A stretch of DNA of 64,000 nt. Origin: Podarcis filfolensis (Eukaryota). The notes under the pieces are model-generated. The model saw only the letters and a program-made list of their open reading frames with translations, had not been told where the DNA came from and ran no database searches. The stretch is taken from assembly GCA_964270895.1 (NCBI GenBank), contig OZ185450.1; one strand, written 5' to 3'. The translations under genes and the position numbers were made by a program. How positions within the stretch are numbered: the first letter of the stretch is position 1; each line of letters starts with the position of its first letter. Below are positions 21,101-34,959 of this stretch, one piece after another.

Positions 21101-21960
21101 GGAGGCCATTGGGAAGCCAGTTTTCCATATTAGGAAAAGCAGTTTGAAAGGCCTCTTCAATTTCAGTTCCTTGAGGAATCGGAAAGGAGCAAAATTATTT
21201 ATTGTATCTGAATGGAAGTGGAAAAAAATCTGCTTGATTTCAGCTTTTTCTTCCATCTGTGTTTGTTGTTTGTATTTCCTCATCCTCAGTAAGCCTTCAA
21301 TTTGTGGCAAATCATGCAAAGAGGTTTTCCCTTAAAATGTAGTTAAATGTTTTTCCTTTAAAAAAATGATCTGGTGGCCTTTGCCAATATGCTGAATAGC
21401 ATTGCTTGGCTGTAATGTCCCCACTAGCTTACGTTTAGCTTACCCTTGATGGGGGTGTGTGAGTGTGTGCATTTGAACCATGTGTGCATTATCTTGAAGT
21501 GCCCGGTAGACATGGCGGTTGTGTGAGATGAACAGAACTCTGGAGAGAGGCTTCTGAAAGCTCCTGCCTTTTCTAGACTTACAGAATAATGGAGCTGGGT
21601 CAGAGCTTCTCCCAGCAAGGGAAGTTGTGGTGGCAATTAATAATTTGTGTATTCAAAATGGTGCAAACAGCTTATTGCCCATTGCCTGGAATGGAGCTGA
21701 GAGAAGCTGAAACAAAACTCACACTGGGTGCCAGAAATTGGTGCACTGCCCTCCTATGGCTGATCAGCCCAATTTCAAGCAGTGCATAGCCTCTCCTTGT
21801 ATGTTTTTTATTTTATTTTTTCAACTTGTATACCATTCTTTATTTTCAAAAATCCCAGAGTCATTTACATAACAAAGCCTTAAAACACAAAAACACCCAC
21901 CCCACAGATTCACCACATTATCATTGCAAATTTAATGTGATGGTTAGTGAGTTTTCCAAG

Positions 21961-21961
<1 letters not shown>

Positions 21962-21997
<36 letters not shown>
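21962..21997. repeat. (TG)18 microsatellite
   Basis: Direct reading. Confidence 0.95.
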
Positions 21998-22000
<3 letters not shown>

Positions 22001-22345
22001 AGCAAGAGGTGTGGGATCTTAGCATGAGACATCTGTGGCAGTGAAATATACTCGGAGTCGAGTGTGGATTTCATGCTCTTTATTCAGCTCATAGGAGGGG
22101 AGATCTCATTGGGGCCATTGGGGTGAGGCATGTATTGGATGCATGACTATGCAGATGGTGTTCTGGGTGTGGCAAAGGAGATGCTTGGGCTTCTGTATAC
22201 TGTAATTCCTTCAGCTGCACCACAGTCTCTTCCCTGCTGCCACTTGATTTCCAGTGTTTAGCTGTTTCTGTCCCAGTCAAGACTTCAGGAAGGATGCCAG
22301 ATCCTCATTCCCACACAGGGAACTGTTAACCTGGATGCTCTTGAT

Positions 22346-22681
22346 CAGGGGTCGGCAAAGTTTTTGTGGCTTGGGCTGGTTCATGGTCCTGCAGACGCTG
22401 TGGTGGGCCGGAGTGCAGGCGCACGCACAAATGCGCAAACGCTATTTCCGGCACTCCTTCCGGTGCGGAGGAGGCATGCACAGCTTCCCATTGGCTGCAG
22501 GAGCTTCCTGCAGCCAATGGGATGCCTGCCAGTGTCACGGAAGGCGTTCCCCGCTTTGCTGCACACTGGTTTAGCGTGGCACACGGGAGCTGACCGAGCG
22601 GGTGGCAGGGGTCCATGGGTCAGTTTTAAACGACCCTCATGGGCCGCTTGTGGCCCATGGGCCTTAGGTTGCTGACCCCTG
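22346..22681. mobile_element. hAT (Charlie-like) MITE, 336 bp, perfect 8-bp TSD
   Basis: TIR CAGGGGTCGGCAA / TTGCTGACCCCTG; TSD CTCTTGAT at 22338-22345 and 22682-22689. Confidence 0.95.
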
Positions 22682-25600
22682 CTCTTGATGGATGTAGAGT
22701 GCAGCACAGAGCGCTTTGACGCATGCTGCCCTCTGGAGCAAGAGGCAAGGAAGTACTCTGTCAAAAAGTGGGCCATGAGGCAATGCCCTCCAATATCTTA
22801 ACCAAAGGGTTGAGGCAGTGGTCGGCTTGCGTGATTTTGGGTGAAATCCTTTCCTTCTCCTCACAGTTCAGATCCTGATAATGAGCCATTGGGAGTGATA
22901 GCTAAAAGGGGTAAGGGTTGATGGCTTCCAGAGGCAGGTTGATCCCTTAGAATTAGTTGTTTGCCTTGTCATCTCGGCACTGGTGTCCCTGACACACTCA
23001 CTTATTCTGACAGCTGCTAAGGTTGTTGTTTTTTTAAATTAAGAAGCAAGTTATTTAAATTCTTCCTAAGCTCTACACTTACAGCAGATAGATTGCATCC
23101 AAGGAGAGAATAAGTCTCCTAACATAGTCCAAGGGTGGCTGGTGTAATAGCTGGTTGTGTTTGAAGCCATATAAGGGGGAGATAAGGTGGCCTTGGCCTT
23201 GCAGTATTCAGAAGTCAGGTTTACCCCCCTTTTTTTAAAAAAAAGAGGGCATAAACAAGCTATGAGGAAGCAAAGGTTGCTGGCAGCTTCTTGCACCTCT
23301 TGTCAAAAGCTGTTTGTGGCTCATTGTTAACTTAGCTTCTAGGTGGGAATGGTAAGGCAGGTTTGGGGGTTCTCCGGCTTCTTCTTGCTCCCGTTTTCCC
23401 ACTGAACATGTTGTCCAAGTTCATCTTGTGCATTAACTCCACCATTCAGTCCCTTCACCATTCAGTGTGCTTTCAGAGAATGCTACTTGGGTGTGGGGGT
23501 GCAAGGTGGGGTGGAGGAGGAATTGCTGCCTGGAAAAGACAGCTTACCCTAGAGATGCTCTGCACATTTTACTGTTGACTTGTTACCCCCTACCCATGAA
23601 CAGTACCTGTGCACAGTAAGAGCCTGTGATCAGTAGGGTAGTCAACAAGGATGGAGCAGCTTTCTAAGCTCATGGTGAGGTTGAAATTTCTGTACCTGTA
23701 AACCACTGCATCCTTTGAAGTCTGATGGAGTGGACATCTGCCCCACTTTTGCAGCCATCATTGCTGATTCCTACTCAACTCTTGGTGGCATCTGTATCTT
23801 TTACCTATTGTTTTTGAGGATCACAGCTCCATTTGGCAGTGACCTGTCAGGAGCCTGTGACTTAGGTGAGGCCCCTTTTGACTGCGGCATTCCCTGCTGA
23901 ATTCATCTGACTGGTAAAATATAAAATCTCCACTAAAGGCTGCTAACTGGTGGACTGTAAAAATTAAAATAAAATAGCCTACTTCCCCTCACATCTCTTC
24001 AGTAGGTTTGAGCCATCATAAATGTATTTTGACCCTTGAAAAGAAGAGCAATGTTCTTGTCATGCAAGATCATTTTTCCTTGTGGTCTCACCTGCGGACC
24101 AAAGGCTGGGCCAGTGTAGCATCTCAGTCTATGATATTTAGAGGGTGTGGTAACATGTGGAAGGGTGAGAAGATGACTGCTTGGAAGGGGGTCAGAAACA
24201 TCTCTGTGCTTTGCCCCCAAGACGTGTGCTGGATGCAGACGACTGCTTTGACAGAAAGGGACCTTCACCTTTCTTTGCCAGGTTCCTTCTAGCAGTGCAA
24301 CACTTGAAGAAGTCCAGTGAGGAAGATGAGTAAATATTATGGTAGAATGATGACAAAATGAATCTCTTTCCCCGGACAAAGCCGAAGTATTAATATTTCA
24401 ATACCTCTAGGTTGCAATTTCCTACAATTTAAGAAGATTGCTCTGTGAGAACTCGAAATGTGTTTTCTTCAGCGCTGGGAACACAGACTGTGCATCTTCG
24501 CTTTGGTGCTGCTGTTCTGTTGCCATCCCATCCTCCCTTCTGTACCAGTGCCGAAGGTTGGGTCTAAATTAATGCCTTTGATATGTAGGTTACAGCCAAG
24601 GATTGTGACCAGATGCCAGAAGTGATTTCTGTTTTAAAAATATTGCAAGGCTATTTCTATGTTTTTAATCTCTCCTGGTGATTTGGAGGCAGTTTTATGA
24701 AACATGGAATTAGGATGGTGCTCACCGTTAAATGGTAAAGGAGATTAGATGGATTTAACTCTATGCGTCTGTCTCATAACTACTACCAATCCCATAACTT
24801 CCATTTTCTATTAAAAATCCATTCCGCCCCTTTTGACCTGCAAAAGCTTTACTAGTAATTTGAATTCCTCTCCTTATTTATGAGGATTTTGCCCCCCCTT
24901 TCTCCCCACCCCCATATCTGTGCAACTAACCTTAACATGGTGAGTAGGGTGGGGGACTCACTGCAGAGAAAATGGTTATCTCCCAAGGGGTTGCTGCTCA
25001 TGGGAGCACTGAATGCAGTGGCGAGAGAATGGGAGCCCTCCTACTGGACCTGAGTGGGCTTTGCTAGCAGCTGCATGAACATGGCTGCCTCCTCTAAGGG
25101 CCCCATGTTGACCCTTCAAGCCATGCTTGCAGTGAGCCCAGATTTCTGTAAGCCAGGACCAGGGCTGTGTGTTCTTCCCAGTTCTGTGACCCGAATACAT
25201 TATGCAAATATTTGCTTGGCTGGCATAATTCTGTTTCTGGCAGGAGGTACGCAGAGCTTGTGTATTTATTTATTTGTTATGAAGATTTATATCCTGCCTT
25301 TCTATAATATATCCATAGTGGCTTATTAGCAGGGCTGAAATACAAACACAATAGTAAAACAACAAGATGAAATGCTATATCAAGTAACAAAGCTTCAGGG
25401 CTTTGATTGCTGAAAGTCCAGCTCTTCCCGCTTCCTCTGTTCAAGCTTATCTGCTAGAAATGCCTCTCTACTCTCTTACCAAAAACCTGCAATTCTTAGG
25501 AGGCTGAATTTTATGCCTTGCACCAAATGCCACTTTTGCACAACTGGGATTCTTTTTACCAAAACAGAAATGCTGGACTAGGTGGATCAAGATTTTATCT

Positions 25601-28276
25601 ATGAAGGTGCTTATTTTGGTCTTAGGAAAGAGGGCAAACATTGTTAGCCATTGAAAGGATAATGAGTATTTACTCTATCTCTGTAAAACTCACACATGTT
25701 GGCGGGCCAAGGAAATTCTTGTAGGGGAAAAAGCAAGAGAAAAGGGAAAAAACAAACAAACCAGGGATGGAGTTGACTTCAGGGTTGAAGCAGAGCTGGG
25801 GATACCCTGGAGTGGAGAGGGACTGCCAGACAGTGTTCACACAATAATGGACTGGATGGTTGTTTTCTGGCACTCTTCTAGTTAAATTTGCTGTTATGTA
25901 GTTGTGATGAACCTGAGTTGTTGGTGAGGAGAGACACAGGAACTCAATGAGTGACATGTCTTAGGTATGGTGGTGGCAGTAACTGGGAGCTGGCTTGTGC
26001 CTCGTCCCTATTGGCAAGGGCCTATGATGAGTGTGTGTCGTCTGCGTGGAGTTTCAGAGAAGGGGATCCTTGTGTTTGGGTTTTGTCCTGAGGAGGCTTG
26101 GGATGAATCTAGCAGAAGCATTGTTTGGTCCATAACAAAGTGCCTCCTGTGGGCTGGTAAATAGCGGGAAATGGTGTGGCGCATCTTGTCCCCCCCAAAA
26201 TCTTCTCTTGCAGCAGAGTGCCTCCCCACCCCAGCAATTTTGTCAGGCAGATGTTTGTATCCAGAGCAAGGAGCTTATTCTGAGAGAGGGGCGGGTGTGT
26301 GAAGAGCCTTTCCATCGCCTCCTGTGGCTCCATTCAGACAGTTTTTGCTGTCTTGCAGCTCTGTTAACTGCTTCCTTGTTTCTAAGAGATGCACATTAAT
26401 GTGCCTGTACTGTGAAGTAATTAAAACATTCTAGATATTATTTTTCTAATGCCAGCCCAAGAAAGCTGTGTGGTATTTGGACCCATGGTATTAGAAGAGG
26501 AGACGGCTTCTGAATATTCACCATCATGATGAAAACACAAATATTTTTTCCCATCTTGCTTAGCGTTTACGGTCTCATCCCTGCTTTGTGTTGAGATGTG
26601 AATTGCTGTGCCCAATAAGGCTTTAATAGCCTTTCCTCAAATGAGCAGTTGGGATGGAGGCATCCTCCCTGGAGGGGCTGGTGGTGGTAAAGTGCTCTGC
26701 TAAGAATATTAATAGATGAGCCATTTTTTGCCATTCGCTACCATTTGTCTCCCTCCTGCACCCCCCCCAAGCAAAAAAAATATTGGGAAAATATTAAGGT
26801 TGTGGATAGTCCCTTGTGACTTTGTCCAAAGCGGTAGTGCTTTTTTTGCTTCTTTGCATGGTTGTAGGCGCAGCTGGGAAGGTGGCTGGGCTCTGAGCCC
26901 GAGGAGGAGCTGCTAATTCCCTGGCACAGATTGCTCCGTCCTCGATCTTTGTCCTTCCACCTACTTAAAAGTAGCACAGCTAAAAAAAGGAGTCAAATCT
27001 GAATGGCTTTGGGGGCCTCCAGCTGATTCTCAGGAAATATCTGGCCCCATCCAAGCACATTGCAGCCTCCAGCATGTACATAGGTGTTGGTGTAGGTGGG
27101 TGTGCTTGTGCCCCTTGCAGAGAAGACAAAAGTGCTTCTTTCCCCCAAGTAGGGTGCTCTTGCCCATATCTGAGATTTAGGCACACTGCCCCCTACTCCG
27201 TGAATGGCACAGTAAATGGTAGAAGTGACACCAGAGCAACTGACTAAGCCTTCCTTGTTGGGGTGATGGTGGTTTCAAGAGGCTTCCTGCTGGACACTGG
27301 AGGGCAGCACAGAGGCCTGGCAGATCTTGAAAAAGACACTGGAGGGAGATGTGGGTGTAATTGGCTGAACTGGCTTAACCCAGATCCTTATTCCTGTGCA
27401 TGATTGACAAGAGTGGGGTGGGGAGGTCCTTGTCCCTTAGCTCCTTCCATTATCTCTTCCCAAGCTACCCTCCACCTGAGCAGCTGTAGGTGTTTCCCTC
27501 CTTTGATAGCTATTGTACCCTTGAGCAGTGATTGTTCTGAAAATCTTCATCAGTTTTCTCTCTCCCTTCCCCCTGGTATATGTGCTAAGTTACACATGTT
27601 CTCAACAACATGACAAATTGGATAAATGGGAAGCTCAATTCTACCACTCATTGACATGTGAGATTCATTTCATTGTTTGCTGAAATGTTTAGGGGTTTTG
27701 TTTTTTTAATGGGTTTATTCATTCTGTAAGAGGGCTGATGGAAAACATAAGCTCACAGGGATCTGGAGTATGCACCTCATGAAGTCCTGGCTGCCCAGTC
27801 AGCTCTTGATTTTTGAACATTTGGCAGATACTTCCTCTGAAGGCATTTCAAAAGCTGCTGTCCTTGAGGTTTGAGGGATGCCTACTGAAGCTTCTGATTC
27901 TGTGGTTCTTGCCAATTATTGGGGCTGTAAATCCTGCCCCCAGAGGGCAGACCTCCTGGCATAGCCAAACAGCCTCATTCTGGTGTGGCCTTGAGGGTCT
28001 GTTAGGTGCCTGTAAGCCAGGACCTTGTGAATTTGCACTGGGCTATGAAATGGAAGTTTAGCAGGCCTCTGCTGGCCTTGCCTCTGGAGAAGGTTACTCA
28101 GCAAGTATTCCTAGGAAAGAGCCACTGGCTCATTTCCTTGGTGTTGTGGGTGAGCTAAGGTAGTGGGAGTATCCAGTGGCAATGACTGGGCTGACTTTTG
28201 GGGTTTGCATGAGGGCGCTCCTGGCACCACTCCTCATAATGCTTGCTCTCCCATTTTCTTCTCTTCTCCTCTGCAG

Positions 28277-28594
28277 CGCATACAGAAGATGTTGGAACCA
28301 GCCTCTACTTTGTGAACGACTCCATTCAGCAGGTGACCTTCTCCAGCACTGTGGGGGTGGTAATCCCCTGTCCAGCAGCAGGGTCCCCCAGTGCCACCCT
28401 TCGCTGGTACCTCGCCACTGGGGATGACATCTATGATGTCCCACACATCCGTCACGTCCATGCCAATGGGACGCTGCAGCTCTACCCTTTCTCGCCATCT
28501 GCCTTCAATAGCTTTATCCACGACAACGACTATTTCTGTACTGCAGAGAATTCTGCGGGGAAAATCAGGAGCCCAAATATCCGGGTTAAAGCAG
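28277..28594 (+). CDS. DSCAML1: DSCAML1 coding exon 2 (Ig domain 1), 318 nt
   Basis: [106 protein letters not shown]. Acceptor TCTTCTCCTCTGCAG, donor CAG|[18 protein letters not shown] and [16 protein letters not shown] indicate DSCAML1 rather than DSCAM. Confidence 0.98.
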
Positions 28595-29992
28595 GTATTG
28601 GCTGCTCTGGGTCTTGTCTTCAGTATGGTTGACTTCACTTGTAGTGGAGGGAGGATGGTGGCAGTCTTTGGGCCTGTGCCCAGTTACTTTTTTAGCTGAG
28701 CATAGACAGCTGTGGCTGTGTTTGGCCCAAGACAATCAGGAATATTTTCTAGGAGAGGTAAATGAGTGTCTGTTGGATGAGTGTCTGAATGCTGACTTTT
28801 GAATTGCAGAGAACTCTTCGTTATGCTGGCTTCTCTAGACACTTTGAATGAAACCTTTTGGTGAGGTCTGAGCTGGGCCAAACTCCTGTCACCTGTATAG
28901 GAAATGTTCCTTTGCAGCCATCCTACTTGCTTTGTGAGCTGCAGCCTAAACAAGCTGATGGCTAATTAAGCAGAGGAAAATGATGAGCAAAGTAGCAGAG
29001 CTCTTCTGGTCAATGATTGACAGAGACTGGGTGGGCTGAGAACCCCCAGTGGTTCCATTAGGTAACCTATTAAGCATTGGACTAGCAAAGTGCATACTAC
29101 CCCAGGGACCAAAGGAGCTTTCTTCCTTCATTGCCTTGCAGCAGTGTAGACTGACATTAAATATCCAGAAGTGAATTATTTACCCGAATTACAGCATTGG
29201 TTATAATATTGGGGAGGTGCAGGGCGAGAAGAATGTAAGGACAGAACTTAAGGGCACGGGTTGCACTTGGCCAGAGGAGCATTCAGAATTCTCTTTATGC
29301 ATTGGTTACCTCCCTGCTTGTGGCTCACACCTGTGAGTGCTGAAGGAGCAATGTGGGAGGGAGGGTACAAGCTGGACCTTTTTATGGCAGATGCTTACTT
29401 CTTCCCTAAACCAGTAAGGACTCTTTTCTGGTTGACATTTTACCCTTGTGACTCTGAAGAAATGGGACTGGTAGTTTTTCCTTCCAAATCCACAGCTGGA
29501 AATAGACCCTCCCAGGTGTGGAGGTGGGGGGGGGCAGGCTGTGGTTTCTGCTATGGGTACTTTCCCCCCAGAGTGCCCCTGTTGGCTGTTCCTGGGCCTG
29601 GGCAACACCACCTCTTTCTCCTGCAGTTGTCTGTGGTGCCCTTGGTTTAAACTGCATGTTTAGGACGACAAACATTGATCAGCAGTTTCTTTTTGGTGGC
29701 TTCAGCATTGTAATGTATGACTTTCTAAAAGACTGATTTGGATTCTGAATATCTTAAGGGGCCTTGTTGGGGAAATCCACCCGTTTCTGAATGCCAAATA
29801 TCAATTTGCATTCCAACACATATTTCCCAATGGGAGGGGAAGGGTTGAATCCTTGAACCCTTAACTCCTCTAACATTTGTTACCAGTTATATCTTCTGGC
29901 TAACTTGAGGGTCAAATATCCCTCTTTCCCTGTGGCGTATTAGACAATTATGTGAGGTATGAAGAGAAAAGCTTTTCTCTCTTTCTCATATA

Positions 29993-30545
29993 GTACTGGA
30001 ACCTGAGGGGATCCATTGAAGCTGAACAGAGGACAGGCACAAGAGGAACCACTTCTTCACACAATGCATCGTTAAAACTATGGTTTTTGCTGCCACAAGA
30101 TGTAGAGATGGCCACCAACTTTGGAACACATAAGTCTTCAAAAGGAGATTAGATATATTTGTACAACATAAATCTCTCAAGTAACGGTATCTATATGCTA
30201 CCTGCAGTACTGGAAGCATTGCGCCTCTGAATGCCAGTTTCTGGGGCACAGCATCAGCAGGAGGCTGTAATGTTTATGGCCTCCTTGTAGCCTTTATTTC
30301 ACGTGGGTCAAAGACCCAGTTTGGCACCCCCCAATGCATATTTGTGTAAACACATACACACAGGCTGGGAGGCTCAATGGTGCCCCTCTGGAGGCTTCAA
30401 CTGGGGCAAAAACCCCATCTAGCCCCCTCCTCCCAGGTATAGCTCTGCTTTGGAGCATTTTCTGGCTGTAGTGAGAAGCAGGATGCTGGACTAGATAGAC
30501 CCCCTTTGGTCTGATCCAGCTTCTGCCCGACACTTCTTATGTTTT
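29993..30545 (+). mobile_element. CR1 LINE 3' fragment
   Basis: CACTTCTTCACACAATGCAT..CTGCCACAAGATGTAG..CCTCTGAATGCCAG..GCTGGACTAGATAGACCC..GGTCTGATCCAG, typical of a squamate CR1 3' end. Confidence 0.7.
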
Positions 30546-30689
30546 TCATACATTGTATGTAGGCTGCCTTTGAAGGTTGTCTGGAAACTTCAGAATACAG
30601 CTGCAAGATTGCCCATGAGCTGTAGTAGGAACAGGTCCCAAACCAATACTTCACTGGCTCTCAGCCTGTTTCTGGACTCTATTCAGAAT

Positions 30690-31085
30690 GTTGTTTTTGA
30701 CCTTTTAAACCTCTTGATAACTTGGGACCAGGATCTCTGAAGGATCAACTGTTTCCCCATGTACCAGTCTGCACACCAAGGACTTTGCAGGAGGTCTTTT
30801 CTGGTCCTCCTGCTGAGTGAGGTGCAGCAGGTGGTTCCTGAGGAAAGGAGACAGCAGCACAGAGAGTCTTGCCTTCACCTTACTTTGTTATCGTTTTGGC
30901 TCCTGGTCTTATTTCCCCAGGTGTTTTAATCTCTTCTAGATTCAAATTGTTTTTTTTTTATCCCCCCGTTGTCTTATGCTGATTTAATATGTTTTGTGGC
31001 TGATAGTTATTATTTTATGTGTTTTGAATTTTTACTCCTGTTGCAACTTGGCTGTAGGGCATTATATACTTAAAATAAATTTTAA
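30690..31085 (+). mobile_element. L2-type LINE 3' fragment
   Basis: CTTGGGACCAGGATCTCTGAAGGATC motif is shared with the L2 copies at about 46790 and 58940; AT-rich tail. Confidence 0.6.
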
Positions 31086-31477
31086 CTGCTGGTGTTCGTT
31101 CTTCGACCAGCTTTCAGCATATGACAGGATAATTTATTTTCTGCACTGTGATACTTTGTGCCTTTGTTTTACTGAGGTTCTTGTTTGTTTTACTGGGTTT
31201 ATTGTGTGTTAGGCTAGGTGGAGGTTTGTTGGCTCTGGAAAAACAGCTGTTAATACAGCCTGCCCCAATGCACAATGCAGGCCAAAGTCTCTGGGCGCTT
31301 CTTGGAGGAGTGCTCCCAGTTGAAAGCCACGTGCGAAACCTGGTGTCATGTGCGCTGTAGGATGGATGACTGTGCAGGGTTGTGAACAAAGGGGATGAAA
31401 TTCTTCTTGAAGTGCAGCAAATGGCTTCTGGTTGCCACTCTGTCCCAATCACCACCTCCCTGTCTCTTTCTCCCCAG

Positions 31478-31624
31478 TTTTCAGGGAACCTTACACAGTC
31501 CGGGTGGAGGATCAAAGGTCAATGCGTGGAAACGTGGCTGTTTTCAAGTGCCTCATCCCTTCTTCGGTGCAAGAATACGTCAGTGTTGTGTCCTGGGAGA
31601 AAGACACGGTTTCTATCATCCCAG
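31478..31624 (+). CDS. DSCAML1: DSCAML1 coding exon 3 (first half of Ig domain 2), 147 nt
   Basis: [49 protein letters not shown]. Acceptor TCTCTTTCTCCCCAG, donor CAG|GTAAGA, phase 1/1. Confidence 0.98.
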
Positions 31625-33940
31625 GTAAGACAGGATGCATTGCTGCCCCTCACCTCCTGGTCCTGCTGCTTCCTTTCTTCTATCACATGAGATCTGTTGT
31701 CATTCTCTCTCTAGTGATCTCTGGCCAAGGGGCACAATGGATGCTGGCTGAGGATTGTCAGCCCTTTTGCCAAGTCCCAATGCCAATGGGGCCACAAGAG
31801 TGGTCCTACCCCCCCCCGTTTTTTTAGGAATAGAGCCCCAGGGTAGATTCCCTCCTTCCCAGAGCTGGGCTGTCTCTGCATTTAGTCAGCTCTGTAAGGC
31901 CCCTTAGAGCTTGGATTAGCTGGTGCCACGCTCATGCTGAGAGATGAGGGGAATGTGAGGAGGTGATAGTCTTGTTCAGACCATCAAGAAGAGACTGGCC
32001 AGCATCCTGTTCTCAGAGTAGGCAACCAGATGCCTCTGGGAGGAGGCCTGCAGGCAGGACCCAAATGCATCAGCTTGAGCTCTTCTCCCTGCCTGAGCTT
32101 CCCAGCAACTGGTCTTATTATACTGAGACATACATTGGCTGATGCCTTCCTCCCTTCAAGATAGTGCCCTTGAGCCAAACAGGAGCCACACAGAACCAAA
32201 GATTGTGTTTAGCCTGGAAGTGCCTTAGAATGAAATCCATCAAACGGTTGGGGATGTTACTTTGAATTGTTCTTGGAAGTAAACACTCAAATCAAAGAAT
32301 CTGACTCGTGTCTTGCAAGACTTTAATTGGTCTTTAAAGGCTATCTGGAGAGAACATTTGACCAGCCTGCCTCAAAGCCCTACTTCTGCAGAGACTGCCA
32401 GGGTTTGGGCAGACCCAGAAGAAGGAGGGAGGGTGCACCAAGGATTGCGAAGGGAGATCCTCCTCCCCCTCTTTGACCTTTTCAGTGCACACTCTGTATT
32501 ATTAGAAGGAAAAGAAAACTGATTTTATAAATTGCTCATTGATTTGAGAGCAGTGCTTGCCTGAGGCAGCGTCTGCTTTGGTCTGTTGGATAATTCTCCT
32601 GCGCAGCTTCTGTGTTGGCTCCCGAAAGCTGGGATGAGCTTTCTGGGGAGCACACACCATGTGGTGATATGCTGTTATTTTGGTTGTATTTCTGGAGTTG
32701 AGGTTCCAAATTAGAAGACTAACCCAATCAGAGAACAGGCATAGAAACTGCGCCCTGATTTCCAGAGTGCAGAACATGTAATGACTACAAAAACTAACTG
32801 GGAGAGAGAGAAACTATTGCTCTGTTCTGATGGAAGAACCACCTAGCCATGGTTCAACGCCTTAGAAATGCAGTGAGATTCACCAGCAAGTTCTCATCTT
32901 ATACCTTGTGTTGCATCTTCCCTTTGAGAAGGCTGCCATTTGAGTAGAGGGACTTAAGGACAGTGGGTAGGAGAGGGCAGCTGAAATGCTCTTCTCTGTT
33001 GCTGTGTTTCATGACTGCTTTGTGTCCATTTGTTCCCTTATTATATAAGGACTGTTCTTTCTGGATGATGTAGCTACAGACATTGAGGTGCTATCTGATG
33101 CTGCCTCTAAGTTTCTCTAGTGTGAAACCATCTCGTGAAGCTGCTTTCTCGATGCCCCTGCTAGATCTTCCTGAGCTGAAGTGGTTAAGGCTGCTGTTGT
33201 GAGCCTTGAGTACTGGTGACTCAGAGGAGCCTGAAGGACCTGGGGGAATGGGCTGCTGCACCCTAGCGGACCTGAGACTGGTTAGGGCCATACAGGCTAT
33301 CCAGAGAGCCCTGCCTTTGTAAGCCAGTAGTGTTTGGCCAACCCTGCAAAGACTTGGCAAGGGCTTTGCCCCAAGGCCTGTTCATTGTTGCTGGATGTTT
33401 GTCCTTGCAAGGGTCAAGAAATGCCTCTGGTCTCAAAGCTGCCTTGCAGAAGCCTACAGCGGAAGCTGAGAGTATTGGATGTGATGCCCGAGACCTCAAC
33501 ACTTTTTTGTTGTTGGAGACCTAAACTGTGGGTGTTTCCATGGGCAGGCAGTGTACTCAGGTTTTTCCTCTTCTTGGGGAGTGAACAGACCTTGCAGAGA
33601 GAGAAGCCTGCTTTCTTTCCTCTGCTCAGTAAACTTGAGCAGTTGCTAGCAATCTCCTTATCCCTGGGTGGGCTGTGCTTCTCACAGTGGTTGGGGTCCT
33701 CAATGTTCCAAGCAGCAGTGGGATTGCAAGAGGGGCTTGTGGTGGAAGGGGTGACATCATACTGTAGTGTCTGCTATTGGGTTGCTCTGAAGCCTCTTGG
33801 GAAGCAGAAACATACAGTGGCTGCTCCCCTATATATATTTGCATTTTTCTGCATGGGAAACACCTAATTCAGGTTTATTTGAATGCTGTTTTTCCAACCC
33901 CTTACTCCTTCTTAAGACAAGATGAAAGAGTAGTGGACTT

Positions 33941-33972
33941 CACCACCACCACCACCACACACACACACGCAC

Positions 33973-34014
<42 letters not shown>
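33941..34014. repeat. Compound (CAC)n/(CA)n microsatellite
   Basis: Direct reading. Confidence 0.9.
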
Positions 34015-34016
<2 letters not shown>

Positions 34017-34959
34017 ATCCCCATCCTTGTGTTTACCATCTAACTCGATGTAGAATTATGGATAATTTGAAAGTTTGCACACAATTTTGTGACATTTTGT
34101 TTGGCCAAATAAAGATATTGCCCTAATGTGGCTATTTGAAGATAAAACCACTCATATCCAGTCAGACCTGTTAACAGTTGGAGCAGTTAGTATGACGTTT
34201 CCAGAACATGGAGTGTGTATGTACTCATTGCATGATAATATGCATTCATTGCTAGGTGCAGACACATTTTGGGGGAGCTGTACACAAGACATTGTCTCCA
34301 TGCCATCCTTGTTCCACACTATTAGCTGTCTTAAGCGCATTCTGCAGGATTGGTTTTAATCCATTTTGTGTTGAGAGCATTTGATGCACACTACTGTGTA
34401 AACTCGGCCACACAATACAAATAGTAATTCCTGTTTTTAGCAACTTTATTACATGAACGTATGCACAATCGCAGAGCCCTATGTACAAGAGGGCTCTGTG
34501 AAAAAATGAGCCTCATGCATTCCTACATGTGTACATAGGCATGATATAGTCTGGTTGTTTGGGATTAGTTTCTGTTCTTGTGGCCAAAAGAAGTGGACTC
34601 GGTTGTTGCAGGAGGTTCAAATAAGTGTGCATTTGGTTCTTGCCTAATTACTTGTAGTTGGAGAAGACTGACTATGTGAGTCCAGGAGGTGATTGATGCC
34701 TCCTTGTAAATAGCAGTCACTTCAGCCTTGAAGGAGGAAGTTGTTTGGTCTCTCCTTAAAAAACCCTCTCTGGACCCGGAAGACTGCAATGTTTATCACC
34801 TACTCACAAATATCCACTTTTGGGCAAAGTGCTTGAGTGGGTAGTAGAAGGCTTTGTTGCATGCTGCTTGGATCACTTTTTGCTCCTAGTGGTTTACCAA
34901 ACTTCTAAATGTATACAATGGATTACCTACACATCCATTTCAGTTTCATTTCAGGATTG

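Noticed and set aside
28234-28638. 134-aa antisense ORF over exon 2
   Set aside because: Shadow of the real coding exon.
33069-33501. Possible solo LTR (TGTAG...CAACA) with an AP-1 site
   Set aside because: No matching 4-6 bp TSD and only weak terminal complementarity.
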